64,000 nt of DNA, taken from the NCBI GenBank assembly GCA_035084275.1, contig CM068746.1, positions 2,294,001 to 2,358,000 of the forward strand, read 5' to 3'. A model generated the notes under the pieces. That model was not told the DNA's origin, did not search any database, and was given only the letters and a program-made list of their open reading frames with translations. This document shows positions 49,996-63,082 of this stretch, piece by piece. Source of the DNA: Hydrolagus colliei. Its lineage: Eukaryota. A program made the translations under genes and the position numbers. Every line of letters begins with the position of its first letter. Within the stretch, counting starts at the first letter, position 1.

Positions 49996-51514
49996 CCACC
50001 TTGCAGTTTCAATATTGAGTGAGTCGGCTTTTAACCTTCCTTCCAACTCTGACAACAACCGTGACACTATAGGCAACTAATAGAAATGATATCTTTTCAC
50101 GGATCCCACGATCTAATCTCATTGATTTATTTGTCTCTGTCGATGATGTTTCGCTCACAAGTTGTCGTTAAGTAAATGGGATCCGATTGTACTCTCCGTG
50201 TTACTGGAGCGAACTGCGAAATAACACGATTCGGAGATGTAATTATGTGGTGTTCCTTGTTTCTAATTTTGATTGTATTAATAAAGTAATGAAATGTTGT
50301 AAGATTTATGTTCCCAATTTATCATGCTGTCCAAGGACTGCCAAACCAGGTGGCCCTCTGATGAAACAGAACCGTACCTGAATAGTTGCTATTGACTGGA
50401 GTGTAGAAGTGTGACTCAAACTGAACAAGTTTAATTAACAATATCTGAATTTTGCCAGGATCAAACTGGGTCACCCCTAACCCATTAAAAAATTGCTGGT
50501 AGCTTAGACAAAATATTGTGCTTCTAACAGTATCAGGATAGCTATTCCTTTATTAGCTTGCATTCAATATTATTTGAAAAATAAAGTATAGTTCACTCTG
50601 GGTGAAAAACATGAGGATTTCATACGCCCACGAAACACACAGTCACTACTCTTTACAGCATATTATGTGACGTATTTTGGAATGGCCTCCTGACATGAAA
50701 GGTCAATGATAAGGACTACTGTTATTTTATTCTAGATAGGAGTGTCTTCGAATGTATTTAAATGTGTGGGACAATGCGGTTACATAAACTGCCCGCTGTA
50801 ATTCCAAAAGGAATTGTTAATACAGAATGATGCTGTCAATTGAAAGTGCATCACGATGACCTGTGCAAATTCTGCTGTACTCCACACATAAGGATGTTAT
50901 GCTAGAGCGTATGTCCCACAGGCCAGGGTGACACACATCCAGTCTCTGGCCTGATTCAATACACACTTGGAAATTATTTTCAGATCCCTATTTTGCAAAT
51001 TTTCAACCCCAGTTCCAGAATGAATTATTTCCTGAAAGAATGTAAGACAAGCATGGGATATATTTTTAAAAAAGCCATTCCATCCACAGGAGACCACACA
51101 TGCCTCCGAGAAGTAAAGCCAACCTTCTTGCTGTGGACATCGACTTATCTAAGTCCTTGGAGAAAGTTCACCATAGGTACATTCTGGCCTCCCGAGGTAG
51201 GGAAACAAAACTTTAGAATGTACTATACATCTATCGCCAAATTACAATTGATGAGACCCAGTCTACGCCCTCCAAGGACAATATCCTGTCCTAGTAACAT
51301 ATTAATCCGCAAAGTCGCTTTCATCTCTCATTCTCTCACCTCCAATTCTATTCCCGAGCAGACATTTCCCCATATCTTATTTGGATGTGTTACAATGTCA
51401 CGGCAGCTACTTTTGTTGGGAGTCTATCCCATGCTAAAATACAAGTGATCAGTTTTGTGTAGACCTTAGGAGTTGGATAGAAACTGTCTTCATCTTTTAT
51501 CATTGTATTGTGAA

Positions 51515-51752
51515 ATCCTGTAGCTCAGTCGTTGGAGTACTCGCCTTACAAGTGAGAGACCTGGGTTCTCGGCTGGGCAAGTTTCCTTCCTCCACACACC
51601 TAATAACAATCTATCAAAAATAAATAGGTTATTTAATTTCACGACTGTTTGTGGGACACTGCTGTGTCCAATTGGCTTCCGTGTTTTGCCCACATATGTA
51701 CAGACAACTCACTTTATAGTATATTCTGTGAAGCGCTTTGAGTCATCTAGAA
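51515..51752 (+). mobile_element. tRNA-SINE with truncated tail
   Basis: TAGCTCAGTCG head and consensus body. Confidence 0.88.
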
Positions 51753-52799
51753 TACTAACCCTACTGTGCTTCCATTATATTCTAGTTCCGATAGTTGGTA
51801 AATTTATGAACTAATCGAGAAATGCGCATGCTTGTCACTAAAAGTTGGAAAATTTACATACCAGAAGAAATTTACCTAATTGGTAGTAAATAAATGTTAG
51901 TCAAATATTTCCATCATTTAAGCAGAAGGTGGAATGTTGACCTTTTGTTCCTCCTTTGGAGGATACTAAGATTGTGCTGTGAGTTAGCGCAATCCTCATT
52001 TCACCTCTGAGTCCGAGTACTGTCTACTGAATTTGTGATTGCAATTGTGTTGTAAGGCATTGGGGCTTATGTTTCAGACTACGTTAGCTGCTTTTATCTG
52101 ACACACTTTGGTTGCACATCAAATATTTATCTGTTACAGCAGTTACAGTTTTCCGTTCGTTTTAGAAGATTTTTATGAGGAATAGTGGATTTTCATGTTC
52201 TCGCTTTCTTTAAAGAGGAAATATATTACGGTTGCAAATGTAACATTCGGATAAATTGTCCTTCTCGAGCAAGAATCCATTCTAAAGCCAGATGAGTTCA
52301 GTAAAAGGCACAAACTTGGTTTTCTTCACGGAGATTAAGAATGCATATTTGACTCCGACGTTACCTCTATTAGAGTTTCTGACCAACTGATAGAATCTTC
52401 ACAGACTTTACTGAGACTAAAAGCTGAGGCAAGTTGACATCAAGTAGATCAATTGGCTGCATTTTAACTACAGTATTACTTTTCTTGTGAACTAAGGTGA
52501 ACAGGAAATAACATGGTCGGTTTTTATTCTTCCTATTTTAGGGATACTGTAGATATCTCTATTGCTATACTGCTGCCACCACTTACACGGCACAGAAACG
52601 GGAGCAAGGATGGTTCTATGAATGTAATTTTTGTCGTTGTTCTTGTAGTTTGGTTTACTTAACACGAGAATGATCACACCCTTTAAACATTTAAACCTAT
52701 TGAAACGAGTCTTTGAGAACGCAGGCTTTGTGATTGTTTGTTGCAGTCAAGGCTCGAGCATTTTGTCTTCACCCTGTTCACTCGTATGAGCTGTTAATC

Positions 52800-53155
52800 T
52801 TCACAATGAGAATGGTAATCGCGAGTGAGATGACCTAGGTTTGATTCCTTGACAGGGCCAGTTTCCTTACTCCCCAGGCATTGTGTTTATCAGGCAGGAA
52901 ATAGGAACCTGACTGATAGTTGATTGGCAGATTGCTTTTCTAGGTGTAATAATCTCTTTTTTTTTAAATTGTAATAATAGTAGTAATTTGGTCACTCAAT
53001 CCATGACTGTTTGTAGAACATTGCTGAGCGCAATTACCTGCCGTGTTTCTCCCACAAAATATACAGTCAATTCACTTTACAATACATTCTGTGAAGCGCT
53101 TTGAGAAGTCTCAAAGATGTGATAAGGTGCAATATCAAATGCAAATCATTATTAT
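52800..53155 (+). mobile_element. Older long variant tRNA-SINE
   Basis: Decayed head, extra block GTGTTTATCAGGCAGGAAATAGGAACCTG, then consensus body and tail. Confidence 0.8.
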
Positions 53156-54039
53156 CCAATTGCACATTCTTATGTATGTTTCTAAACCCTAAAAAAAACC
53201 CACAACTCCACAATTTTCAACTGAATAACCTCATAATCTACTAGATTTCGATTTAACAGAACAGCAACTTGAATGTTTCGCACAACGCAAATAAAGCAAG
53301 TACTGTATCGAGAAAGTGCAGCAGTAGGACTGTTACGTCAAACAGTGAAACCAGAGGTATCACTGGAAAATTATCTGAAGGCTGATCAATTTCATAAATC
53401 GTGTACCATAACTGAAACATATGGTCACAATTGTCTCTCGGACTGTTGTATTTCCTTCTGTTAGCTTTTGCTACGCTTTTCACTTGGATGCGTTGCTGAA
53501 GGTTTGGAAATAGATTGTATACGAGAGAAAAAAGAGTTTACATTTTGCTCATCGACGAGTAAGTGGCTTACGGATGTTTGTGCCTGTCGCTTAAAATATT
53601 CTTTTTTTTTGTTATCTTCTGACATATACTTAAAAGGTATTGTATTTCAAAATGTTCCACAGAACTTAAAAAACAAAAATTGCTGTCTCCTACGGCCAAT
53701 TAACCAGCAGGGAGTAAAGCAGTTGGTTGAGAATATGAGCTTCCCACTGTGAGACAACACCAGCATATGGATCAGGGAGAAAATTAGCGGGCAAAGGAAG
53801 AGGTCAGACATTTGCAGCATTCAACGCTTCTCTGCCCCACCCACCCCCACCACCCCACACACACAAACACAGACTTTTTCCCCCCTGTCATTGATATTCT
53901 GAGCTCCAGCTCAATGTGTTCTGATTTGTACTGAAGGCTAGCACGTTGTGTCACACAGTAAATACACACAGTCACTGTCTCAATAAATAAAATGAACAGT
54001 TTATCAATCAATCCAACCATCCATCAATCCATCAATCAA

Positions 54040-54300
54040 AACTTACATTTATATAGCGCCTATATAGCGACGAGGGGACGTCCCAAGGCCCTGTACAGTT
54101 AGGTATTCACTGTGGCAATACTGTGATAGAATGCCAGTGTAGACCGTGAGTTCAAAGCCCCGATGTGGCACTTGAACCCTCAACCTTCTGATTCCGAGTC
54201 GAGCGTGGCTACCGACTGAGCCAGACTGACACCTCACTCGTGCCTTTGGGACGTCCTCCCGACGTGAACGGAGCTCTATAAACATCATTTTGTTTGTTGT
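54040..54300. mobile_element. Minus L2 tail and minus DeuSINE head, then plus L2 tail
   Basis: GGACGTCCCAAGGC (minus); CTACCGACTGAGCC head; GCCTTTGGGACGTCCTCCCGACGTG (plus). Confidence 0.8.
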
Positions 54301-56480
54301 TTGGAATTCAGGTGGAATTCCTCAGGTGAAGAAGGCAGATAATCGAAGGAGGCAGCAGGGAAGAAAAGAATTGAACAATTGTGATTTTCACTGAAAATAC
54401 AATGTGTAACTTGATCAGCCGCAATTGCTAAGTAACATTAGCAACCGTCAAAATCTTCTGTTCAGATTTAGTCTGACGATTTCAAACTTTACTGAGTTCA
54501 ATTCTGTCACTATCAAAACGCAAATCCAACGAATTTGAAAAATATTTTCAGATGCCAAATGCTGCAATCTCAAACTTGCAACGACTTGATGTTTCATTTA
54601 ATTGCCATTGAGCTGTTCAAGCCATAATTTGAGAAACTTGTATGTGGGTCAAGTAAAGTTGTGACTGCAGAATTAACTATAAAAGCGACAATAAATCAAT
54701 AGAAGTACTGTAGTACTTCTTCACAGTTTATTGTGTAATGTGTGTTTATGGGCAGTCTCGTTTGTGCCTGCTCTGTTCCCCAAGGTATAATGTTTTCAAA
54801 AATAGTTTCACACAGAGCTAATTGCAACCTTTTATATAACCTCTGAGTTTAAACAAATATAGCAATTTAAGACCTTGGTAGAGCAAGGGGAAAGTGGTGT
54901 AGAGAAACTGATATAGCTTCTGTAATTTTACACTATTTAAATTCCTTTGAGGAATGTTGCATACAAACTATAACCTTTTTAGTGCTCCTGTGACAATGTA
55001 CATGAACTGGAGAGTGTTTAGTAAGTAAATAGCATTCCATTTTCTGAATATCACCGCCAGTAATAACAATTGAACACATCATTATCGCGTGGAATTTTTT
55101 ATGTCTTACAAATATAGTTTGATTAACAAAAATGTGTAGTGTCATTTAGAGTCTTGGCTATATATCTAAATAAGTACAGATTATTACCAGGTGATAAGAG
55201 ATAGTGTATATAACTCTGCCCGTTGCTGGCTTCTGTTTTTATGCAGAGAATCCAGCTCACTGCCGAATGTCGCCACGATCACTGGTGAAAGGTTGACGTT
55301 AATTAATATGCGCACTCAATGCTAATTAGAGTGTCTCTAAGATCAAACTATGCCTCATAAATAAATATTAATTATTCTCATCCTCTCAAAGTGATAAATA
55401 GATCTGATGATTAACCTATTCAGACCCAACTGCGTTCACGGGGGAGAACATTTGCAGCAAAAAAAACTGCTGAGAGGAATTTGTAGGTGGATTTTTTTTA
55501 AAAACAAGTCTATGCAATTCTTTGAGGCAGTTATTATATATCCTGTTTGGTCTGTCTGTGAATTAAATGACAAATTGGCTTAAAAAATTATAAAAGAATG
55601 GAACGATTGAACATGTAGGTTTACCCCCACATCTCACCACACCACACATGAGACAGAATAAAAAATACTCCCATCGCAGTAATTTATATTCACAAGCTGA
55701 AGTAACCTTATTCTTCAGCTATTGTTCCCTAAGGTGGATCTAGTGGTTGGCATCAAAGATGGACACAGCCAACAGTCAATGAAACTGATGATCTGGAAAT
55801 TCAAATATAATTTTTATCAGAGCATGCAACCTATCAGTCCTTATGTTTTGAAAGATATCACGTCACTGCAATACAAAATCATCTTATTCATCCGTCACTC
55901 ACAGTCAACACATTTCATTTCAGCCGCTCCACATTATATTTGTAAAGCGCCTTTCACTTTGGCAGAAAGTCCCGAGGCGGTAACAAAAGTCCTTCCTTAA
56001 CGACATTGGACAACCAGCTATTAAAATGTGCCTTTCTGGGCTCTCTGTGTCTAACAATTTAACAATCCTACACTCGTCAGCTGAGCGGGAACCCATCGAT
56101 TTGTTCATTAGCATTAGCTGTGTTCCCTATCGGATAGCGATGGATTGGAGACATGTCAATTGAATCGGACGCCCACAGTTGAAATGGCAGCTTTCAGCTC
56201 AGTTATGAGGTGGAATCTTTTGACGGAGTAGGACTTTGAGGATGAGTTGTTGTTGTTGGTGGTGGTGGTGTTGTTGTTGAATAAATACAGCTGCTGCAAA
56301 ACTGCCCGTATGTTAATCAGGAGCAAACAATAACAAACTTAAGCTACCAAATTACGTTTCTGTAGAGATGGAAATTATGGTAAGGCCTGGTAAAAAACCG
56401 TCTGTAAATTATGTCTATAGGTGTATGGCAAAAAGGCAGCAAATTAGGACTGGATGGATTGCTCTTTCAAGGAGGACTAA

Positions 56481-56763
56481 GGGAATTCTCTCCTCGTCGG
56501 CCTTCCCAGCTCCTCCCTTCAAAGGCTGCAGATCATTCAGAACTCTGCAGCTCGTGTACTCTCCCGTACCAGGCTCCGAGACCACATCAGTCCCACCCTC
56601 GCCTGTCTCCACTGGCTCCCCCATCCCCCCAGAGGATCGAATTCAAGATCCTCGTCCTCACCTTCAAGGCCATTCACTGCCTTGCCCCCGCCTATCTCTC
56701 TGACCTGTCTCACTGATGTGAAAGGCGCTCTACAAACATAATTTTGTTGTAGTTGTTGTTGTT
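56481..56763 (+). mobile_element. L2 fragment with internal deletion
   Basis: NSLLVGLPSSSLQRLQIIQNSAARVLSRTRLRDHISPTLACLHWLP...QRIEFKILVLTFKA, then directly the terminal tail. Confidence 0.93.
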
Positions 56764-57607
56764 GGATAGCATTTTTCTGCGTTGCAAATTTCGACTGTTC
56801 TGTGACCAACAACAAAATGACATTAAGAATGACATCAATTTGAAACATGTTGTGAGGAGGAATCCTTGTAAATATTCAGTAAATTTTAATATGTTGGGGT
56901 TGTAATCTCACATTTCTTAAAATTATGTAGTTGGTTTGTAATTTATATTACGACATTGATCAAAACATTTCATAAAGGCTGTAAAATGTAGCATTGTACC
57001 TGGAAATAGCAGAATCAACCAAATTCATCATGCCTCTAACATTTAATATGTGAGACCTTTTTATAGAATCATAATACAGTTCTGGTTGCTGAAATTTTAA
57101 TCTGATTTAAATTATTTTCTGAAACTCAGTAACCGTACTGTTTCTCCCTATAACTACAGCCATTTCAATTTAGTATCTTTCTAATATATTCCTCTGAGTT
57201 AATATAGTTTAGATGTTAAGCATTTCTCTCCTTTAGCTCTGTGCAGGATTATTGAATTGGATGTGAAATAATAATGAGGTTGTAAGGAAATAATGTTTTA
57301 GTCTTATAAGAATATGTATTTAAGAAGATTATTTTCATCAGTCTGACCTGTGCAATGGCAATTTTTAAAATTATATTTTCAGGTTAACACCTCATTATTT
57401 TGTGCTGTTCAGGTTTTCTAGCCGATACAGATAAGAAAGTTTGGAAGCAGATTTAAGCTACCATATAGATTCTTAAATTAATAACTTTCATCCTGAATAG
57501 TTGGATCGATGGCTATTTAACCTTGTTCCAAAGGATACTATATAATATTCCTTATGTATGACATAACACGTTTCATGTTTGAAGGATGTTTCAAACCTCT
57601 TCACTAA

Positions 57608-57757
57608 GAATAATAATAATAATTCCTTGCATCTTATCCTATCTTTTGCCCACAAAATATATTGTCAATTCACTTTGCAGTATATTCTGTGAAGCGATAT
57701 GCGATGCCTTGAAGACTTTATCAGGTGCCACATCAAATGCAAGGATTTTTATTATTA
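57608..57757 (+). mobile_element. SINE tail with inverted mini-tail at its 5' end
   Basis: (AAT)nTCCTTGCAT (minus) joined to TTTGCCCACAAA...AAATGCAAGGATT (plus). Confidence 0.8.
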
Positions 57758-57769
57758 CATTTATTGAAT

Positions 57770-58070
57770 CTCCATCCGTTCGGATGAGATGTTAACTGCC
57801 TGTTCAGGTGGGACCTTAAAGACACCACGGCACTAACTAAAAATACACGGGAATTTCTCCTAGTGTCCTGGTCGAATTAAAATTGTTAGTTTACTTTGTG
57901 GATGTATGTGCGAAACGTGTGTACAAGTGTGTGTTGTGTGTGAAACTGGCTGCTGCGTTCAGCACATAACAATAGTCACTACACTTACTACTTTATACCA
58001 AAAATCTTTAGGGCATCCCTCTGATGTGAAAGACGCTATCCCAAATACAGTACAAGGATTATTTTTTATT
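57770..58070 (+). mobile_element. DeuSINE-like 3' part
   Basis: TTCGGATGAGATGTTAA...CAGGTGG...CACGGCACTA...GTGTCCTGG...ACAATAGTCACTACACTT. Confidence 0.75.
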
Positions 58071-58227
58071 CTATACTATTTTTAGTAATGATGATGGAGC
58101 AAGTGAGCAGTGGATCAGTTTGAGCAAATCCAATAGGCGATGGCATGATGACACCTAAGAATTATTCAGACCAGGTAAAAGAGAGAGAAAGAGATTTAAC
58201 AAATGGTTGTGTTGCATCAAGTGATGA

Positions 58228-58372
58228 ACATAGACTCGTAGAATCTTACGGCACAAAAGGAGGCCATTCGGCCCATCGAGTCTGTGTCGGCTCTTTGAAA
58301 AGAGCAACTCAATCCCACTCCCCAGCTCTCTCCCCATAACCGCGCAAACCCGTCCTCCCCAAATAAACGTCT
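58228..58372 (-). mobile_element. CR1 3' end
   Basis: GTAGAATCTTACGGCACAAAAGGAGGCCATTCGGCCCATCGAG; same family as 24240. Confidence 0.9.
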
Positions 58373-58469
58373 GAGATCTTTTCCATAATTTCACAAATCA
58401 AATGTGATGAAGTGGCATTTATGATTTTTTTTCGGATGATAGTCATGTGACGATGATGTACGTATGCGC

Positions 58470-58700
58470 CTATCTTAGTTGATGAGCACTCTAGCCTCTG
58501 AGTTACCAACGTTATGTGTTCAAGCCCAACATCAGGACTTAGAACACAGTGTAGGCTGACACTACAATGCAATGCTGGGGGGAGTGTTGCATTGGTGGAG
58601 GTACCTTCCTTCGGATGAGAATTTAAATCAAAGTCCTGTTTGCTTGTTCACAGTAAAGATCTGTGATACTATTGGCAGAGAAGACCAGAGTCGAGGCCAA
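58470..58700 (+). mobile_element. DeuSINE-like 5' part
   Basis: AGCACTCTAGCCTCTGAG...GTTCAAGCCC...AGGCTGACACT...GGAGGTACCTTCCTTCGGATGAGA. Confidence 0.8.
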
Positions 58701-58782
58701 CGATAACAGCCAATTAATATATCATTAATTTCAGGATGGACTTCTATAAAGGCTAATTCCCAACATATTTCTGTCTATTTCT

Positions 58783-58990
58783 GTCGGGGCCCGAGCGAGC
58801 GGAGGGTGGGGAGTGGGGATCGGGGTAGGGGGAAGGGGAAGGAGAGTGGGAGAGGGGGGAGAGTTAGTGGGGGGGAGCCGAAGGCGCGGTCAAAGAGGAA
58901 AGTCTTGAGACCGGCCTTGAAGGAGGAAAGGGAGGAAGCGAGGGGGAGGGGCTGCGGGATGGAGTTCCACAGTGAAGAGGTGGAATGGAC
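58783..58990 (-). mobile_element. L2 3' region fragment
   Basis: Minus strand WNSIPQPLP...SSFKAGLKTFLFDRAF, matching the 17.2-kb L2. Confidence 0.88.
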
Positions 58991-60496
58991 CTGAATTTAA
59001 CATTTCAGTGGAAGGAACGCGCATCTGATAATGCAATATTTACACTGTTGCATTAGAAGGTTAAACTGGGCTATGCGCTCAAGTAGTAACTCTTTTATTT
59101 GACACAAAGCTTTTCAAGTCAAGAGGATGTCTCAAATAGATTCAAAGTGTAATCATTATGTATCTTGTTGTGAATGAATGTTCAGAAAATCACAACCATT
59201 ACCTTGGACTATACATTGATAAGCAACGGTTGAATTTGAATTCAGAATGGACTGGACTTTGACAAGTAGATCGCCAGCGAGGAAGTAATTGTAGCTTCAA
59301 AAATTATTTTCCTTTAACGCTGCATTCAATCTGTCAGTGAGGTTACTGTCCCAGCAATGTGAATGTGTGAAAATCAATGTGAGGTTGAACATTCGCGGAC
59401 GTATAAAATGACTTTGGTGTTAGCACAACAGAGATCCGAGGTGGCCAAGGTCAGCAGATTTTTAAAAAAATAATCTGTAACCTGAAGCACTGACAGCCCC
59501 CACTTCTAAACCTAGCCAGCTAGCATTTATAATTATATCTCTCAGCCCCTGTGCGCACATCTCGTATCATCAATCTCAACCTTATACAATAAGACCCCTT
59601 AGTGTCTCAAGGATTTTGGAGCTCTGTCTTCCTTCAGGTACTGCACTGGGAATTATGCTCTGTACAGAGTGGAATCTTTTAAAGTGTTTTTATTCCAAAT
59701 TACAATTTCAGGGAATTAGGTTGTTATATTCCGTGATACCTTAAGCAATATACATCAATCATATCTATGCAAAATAGTTAAGCAAAATACTTTAAAGCCT
59801 TATTTTGAGATAAACAGCATTTCATTATTCATTGTGTTAGTTGAATTACCGGGTTAATTTCTTCCTTCTTCGAGTTGCATATTCTTGCTCATTTTGTCCT
59901 TAATTTAGGTATTCTCGTGGCACATCACACTAACTTAATACAATATGGGATGTGTTTTCCCTCCTGTCATTTCCCTGAATTGGAGGAAAGCTGTTTTGCA
60001 TAGTGTACACAAAAGCTGTTAGCACCAATTTAAAACATATTTTGAAGCCAGGAAAGGGATTTGACTGTAGAGTAGATTTGGTATTAAGATGCTCATCCTA
60101 CCATCGGTGGGTGGGCTTTCCATCATTCTGCTTCCCCTTTATGGAACTCCAACCAGGAGCCCCTCAAATTCATTCTCTCCGTTTGTCTCTTTGAGTGTAC
60201 TTTAGTCATTTTTCCCCTCTCCATCCCCTTTGTGCTCCCACTCCCAGCTCAGGTTCCCAACCAACCAGCGTTGAGCACTTTCAAATGTCCTCCTGACATG
60301 AAAGGAGCATAATATATATATTAAAAAACATTCTGTAGGCTGGTATCACAATCCCTCAAGTAACTGACAATGCAATGTATTGTGAGGAGGAAAAATATTG
60401 GGAGGAGGAAAAATTAATTGGCAAAAGAGAGTAAGAAATAGCTTTGCATGAGCTAGTTTGATTTTCCCTAAATGCATCATACAAATTGAATAAAAC

Positions 60497-60827
60497 AATA
60501 ATAATCCTTGCATTTGATTTAGCGCTTTTCACATCTTATCGACGTCTCAAAGCGCTTCACAGAATATACTGTAAAGTGAATTGACTGTATATTTGTGGGC
60601 GAAACGCGGCAGCCAATTGCGCACAGCAGCGTCCCCCAGAAACAGTCGTGGATTGAAATGACCAATTTTATTATTGTGTTATTTTTTGGACGGATTATTA
60701 TTAGGCGTATGTGTGTGTGTGTGGAGTAAGGAAACTTGCCCAAGGTTTTGCCCTGACCTGCCTGGATTCGAACACAGGTCTCACGCTTGTAAGGCGAGCG
60801 CTCTAACCACTGAGCTACAGGAGCTCC
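60497..60827 (-). mobile_element. Full-length, near-consensus tRNA-SINE
   Basis: A box TAGCTCAGTGG, B box GTTCGAATCC, intact stem-loop tail, (TAT)n. Confidence 0.96.
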
Positions 60828-61009
60828 ACGATTGTTGTACTATCATATAAAACCTATGTTAAAAGCAACAAACTCAAGGACACTCGCAAAGTCTTCTGTG
60901 CTGTTCGGGAGTCAGAACCGGATCAGCTATTTCTTCCCCGACAATATTTTCTCCTTCTGTCCTGACAATATCAGTTCAATTCACCCTCTAGAACTTTGCC
61001 CAACTCATC

Positions 61010-61200
61010 ATGTGCACCTAGCCCTGCATGTCAAGAGGCTATTTGACTATAGAAAACATCAGAGCTAAACCTAAACCTGTTCTCGCACAATGTTCACTCC
61101 GCACAAATACACTTTCCATCATATATCCCTGGCTGTTTTCTCCCCTTTCAAATAGGAGACACTGAAGTCAATTGTTCTACCTAAAATCCATCTAAAAATA
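61010..61200 (-). mobile_element. AmnSINE2-like fragment
   Basis: AGGCTATTTGAC...CCTGTTCTC...CACTTTCCA...CCCTGGCTG...CACTGAAGTCAATTG. Confidence 0.55.
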
Positions 61201-61899
61201 AGCAAACAGGAGGTTGGTTCAGCTTCTCACCCAAAGTCTGGCACTTCCAACACTGTACTAGAGCATCACCTTAGACAGGATTTTGTAAATGTTTTAACTA
61301 CTCTGCCAACATCTACATTTACAGTTGCTCCAATATACATCAGCAAAGGTGACTGGGGTAACATGGCTAAGAAGCAAAAAGTTTGTTCCCCTTGTTTAAG
61401 ACGTGAGAGTTGATTTCATGTTAGGTAAGCATTTTCCTTAGAATTATTGACCTCTCTTTCTCTGTGTTGATGATCACATACTTTATTCAGTTGTTGTCTA
61501 TCTTTTGAAATGAGAAGTCAATCGCTACGTAGAGAGGGTTTTATGTTTCCTCAACATCTTCCTGAAAATCGTTAAAAACTGAAAAGAGAGTGGAGGCATC
61601 TTCGCTCCCTTAATTAAGGGGCTGAGAGCTGCTGTAATGAGAAGATGAATGTGAAGGAAGGATTTTGAAAAGAAGTAATATATTCTGTATAAAACATAAA
61701 CATGTAGTGGAGCAGAAAACATTCTAGCAATGTTACTGCAGAGCTCGTAATATCAGAGCATTAGAATTCTTCTTATTCTGTCTTCTATCTGTTCAGGAAC
61801 TAATAAGGGAATAAGGAACAATTGGCCGGCCAAAAGAAACTGAACTGATGACAACTTTTAAACAGAAATGGATAAACATTTAAAAAAAGAGAGAATATA

Positions 61900-62008
61900 A
61901 ATGTGATGGTGATGCGAGGGATTGAAATTAAAGTGTTTAGTTTCAGTGGATGAACTAGGAGTGTTGGGCTAAATGGCTTTCTCCTATATTGCAATTTCTA
62001 TGATTCTT
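61900..62008 (+). mobile_element. Old CR1 3' end
   Basis: GTTGGGCTAAATGGCTTTCTCCT...TTTCTATGATTCTT. Confidence 0.65.
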
Positions 62009-63082
62009 TACGTGTATGTAGAGCATTAGTCACACGTGCGAGAACAGTTCACTTGTTGTTGGAAATCCCGGACTTGCGCTTGTGTAAGCCAGTCCGCTAT
62101 AACGGCGGAGAATATCATTTGAACTGATTGACAACATGCAACATTGAATTGAAAAACACAATCAATGATGCCATCCTGTGCGAGAAATTTTGACAGTCTT
62201 ATCAACCTGTTTCCTGACATTTTGTGACATTGTGGGCAATAAAAAATAGGGAGTTCCTCTTGGTTGGTTAGGTGCTAAGTATTGTCTTTAATGAACTAAC
62301 GCAGGTTGATTGCGCTTGACTGAAGACTCCAAATCTTAGCACCGATCAATTTTATGAACAGATCGCACTCGGTTATTTCTCCATGATAATCTGCAGGTCC
62401 AAATTACAGCTCTCCACAACAGCTGTTCATCGAGGACAAGATTTGACAAGAAAGCGCAGATTGAGTGACCAGCCGCCTGATGTTTTAATGCTCAAGTTAA
62501 GCCTGGCCTACAGCCAAAATAAAGGAACAAGATTTAGCGACAAATGACTTGAAGCAGTTCAGTATCTTTCTTTCAGCTTTCACGACACAGGTCCACAAGA
62601 CCGGTTTAGCCATTTTCCGCAGACCAGATATGTAATCCTTATCAAAACGTCCATATATTGGCAGGATTAAACCGCCGAGCGAAGAATCTCCTTGGATTCT
62701 GCGTTGCAGATAATGTTGTGGAGTAAGGGTATGAAAGTCATTGCTTTTTATTGAGGGTCAAACTCTATTGGGAATCACAAATTGCAATGACATTGTAATG
62801 TAATCGTCTGGCTCGAAGCTCTGCATAAGTTTAAAAATATCACTGTTGCAATCAATAATTGATTCCTGAAGCAGCAATGGAACCTGCAAGGCCTGAATCT
62901 AATTGGGAAATTCTGTGAGGTGAAACACAGGAAATCAAATGAAATACGATGCTAACGATTAACCCAAACTTTTGCAATTAAATAGTCTCCAGTGGGAACT
63001 AATTAAACGAGCATGGTTTAAAGGAACCCTTTTTAAAAATGGCATTCATTTAAAAAAACAAATCAAAGTAAGGAAGCAACAT

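Noticed and set aside
50993-51448. 151-aa ORF (also 5913-6362 and 28389-28850)
   Set aside because: Non-ATG start, no recognisable domain or splice structure; the other two overlap L2 debris.
52532-52625. Strong polypyrimidine acceptor TTTTTATTCTTCCTATTTTAG
   Set aside because: No good donor and no recognisable peptide in any frame.
60750-60827. tRNA-like sequences (also 9248, 23870, 33225, 44376)
   Set aside because: SINE heads with A/B boxes fused to the SINE body; no proper acceptor stem or terminator.
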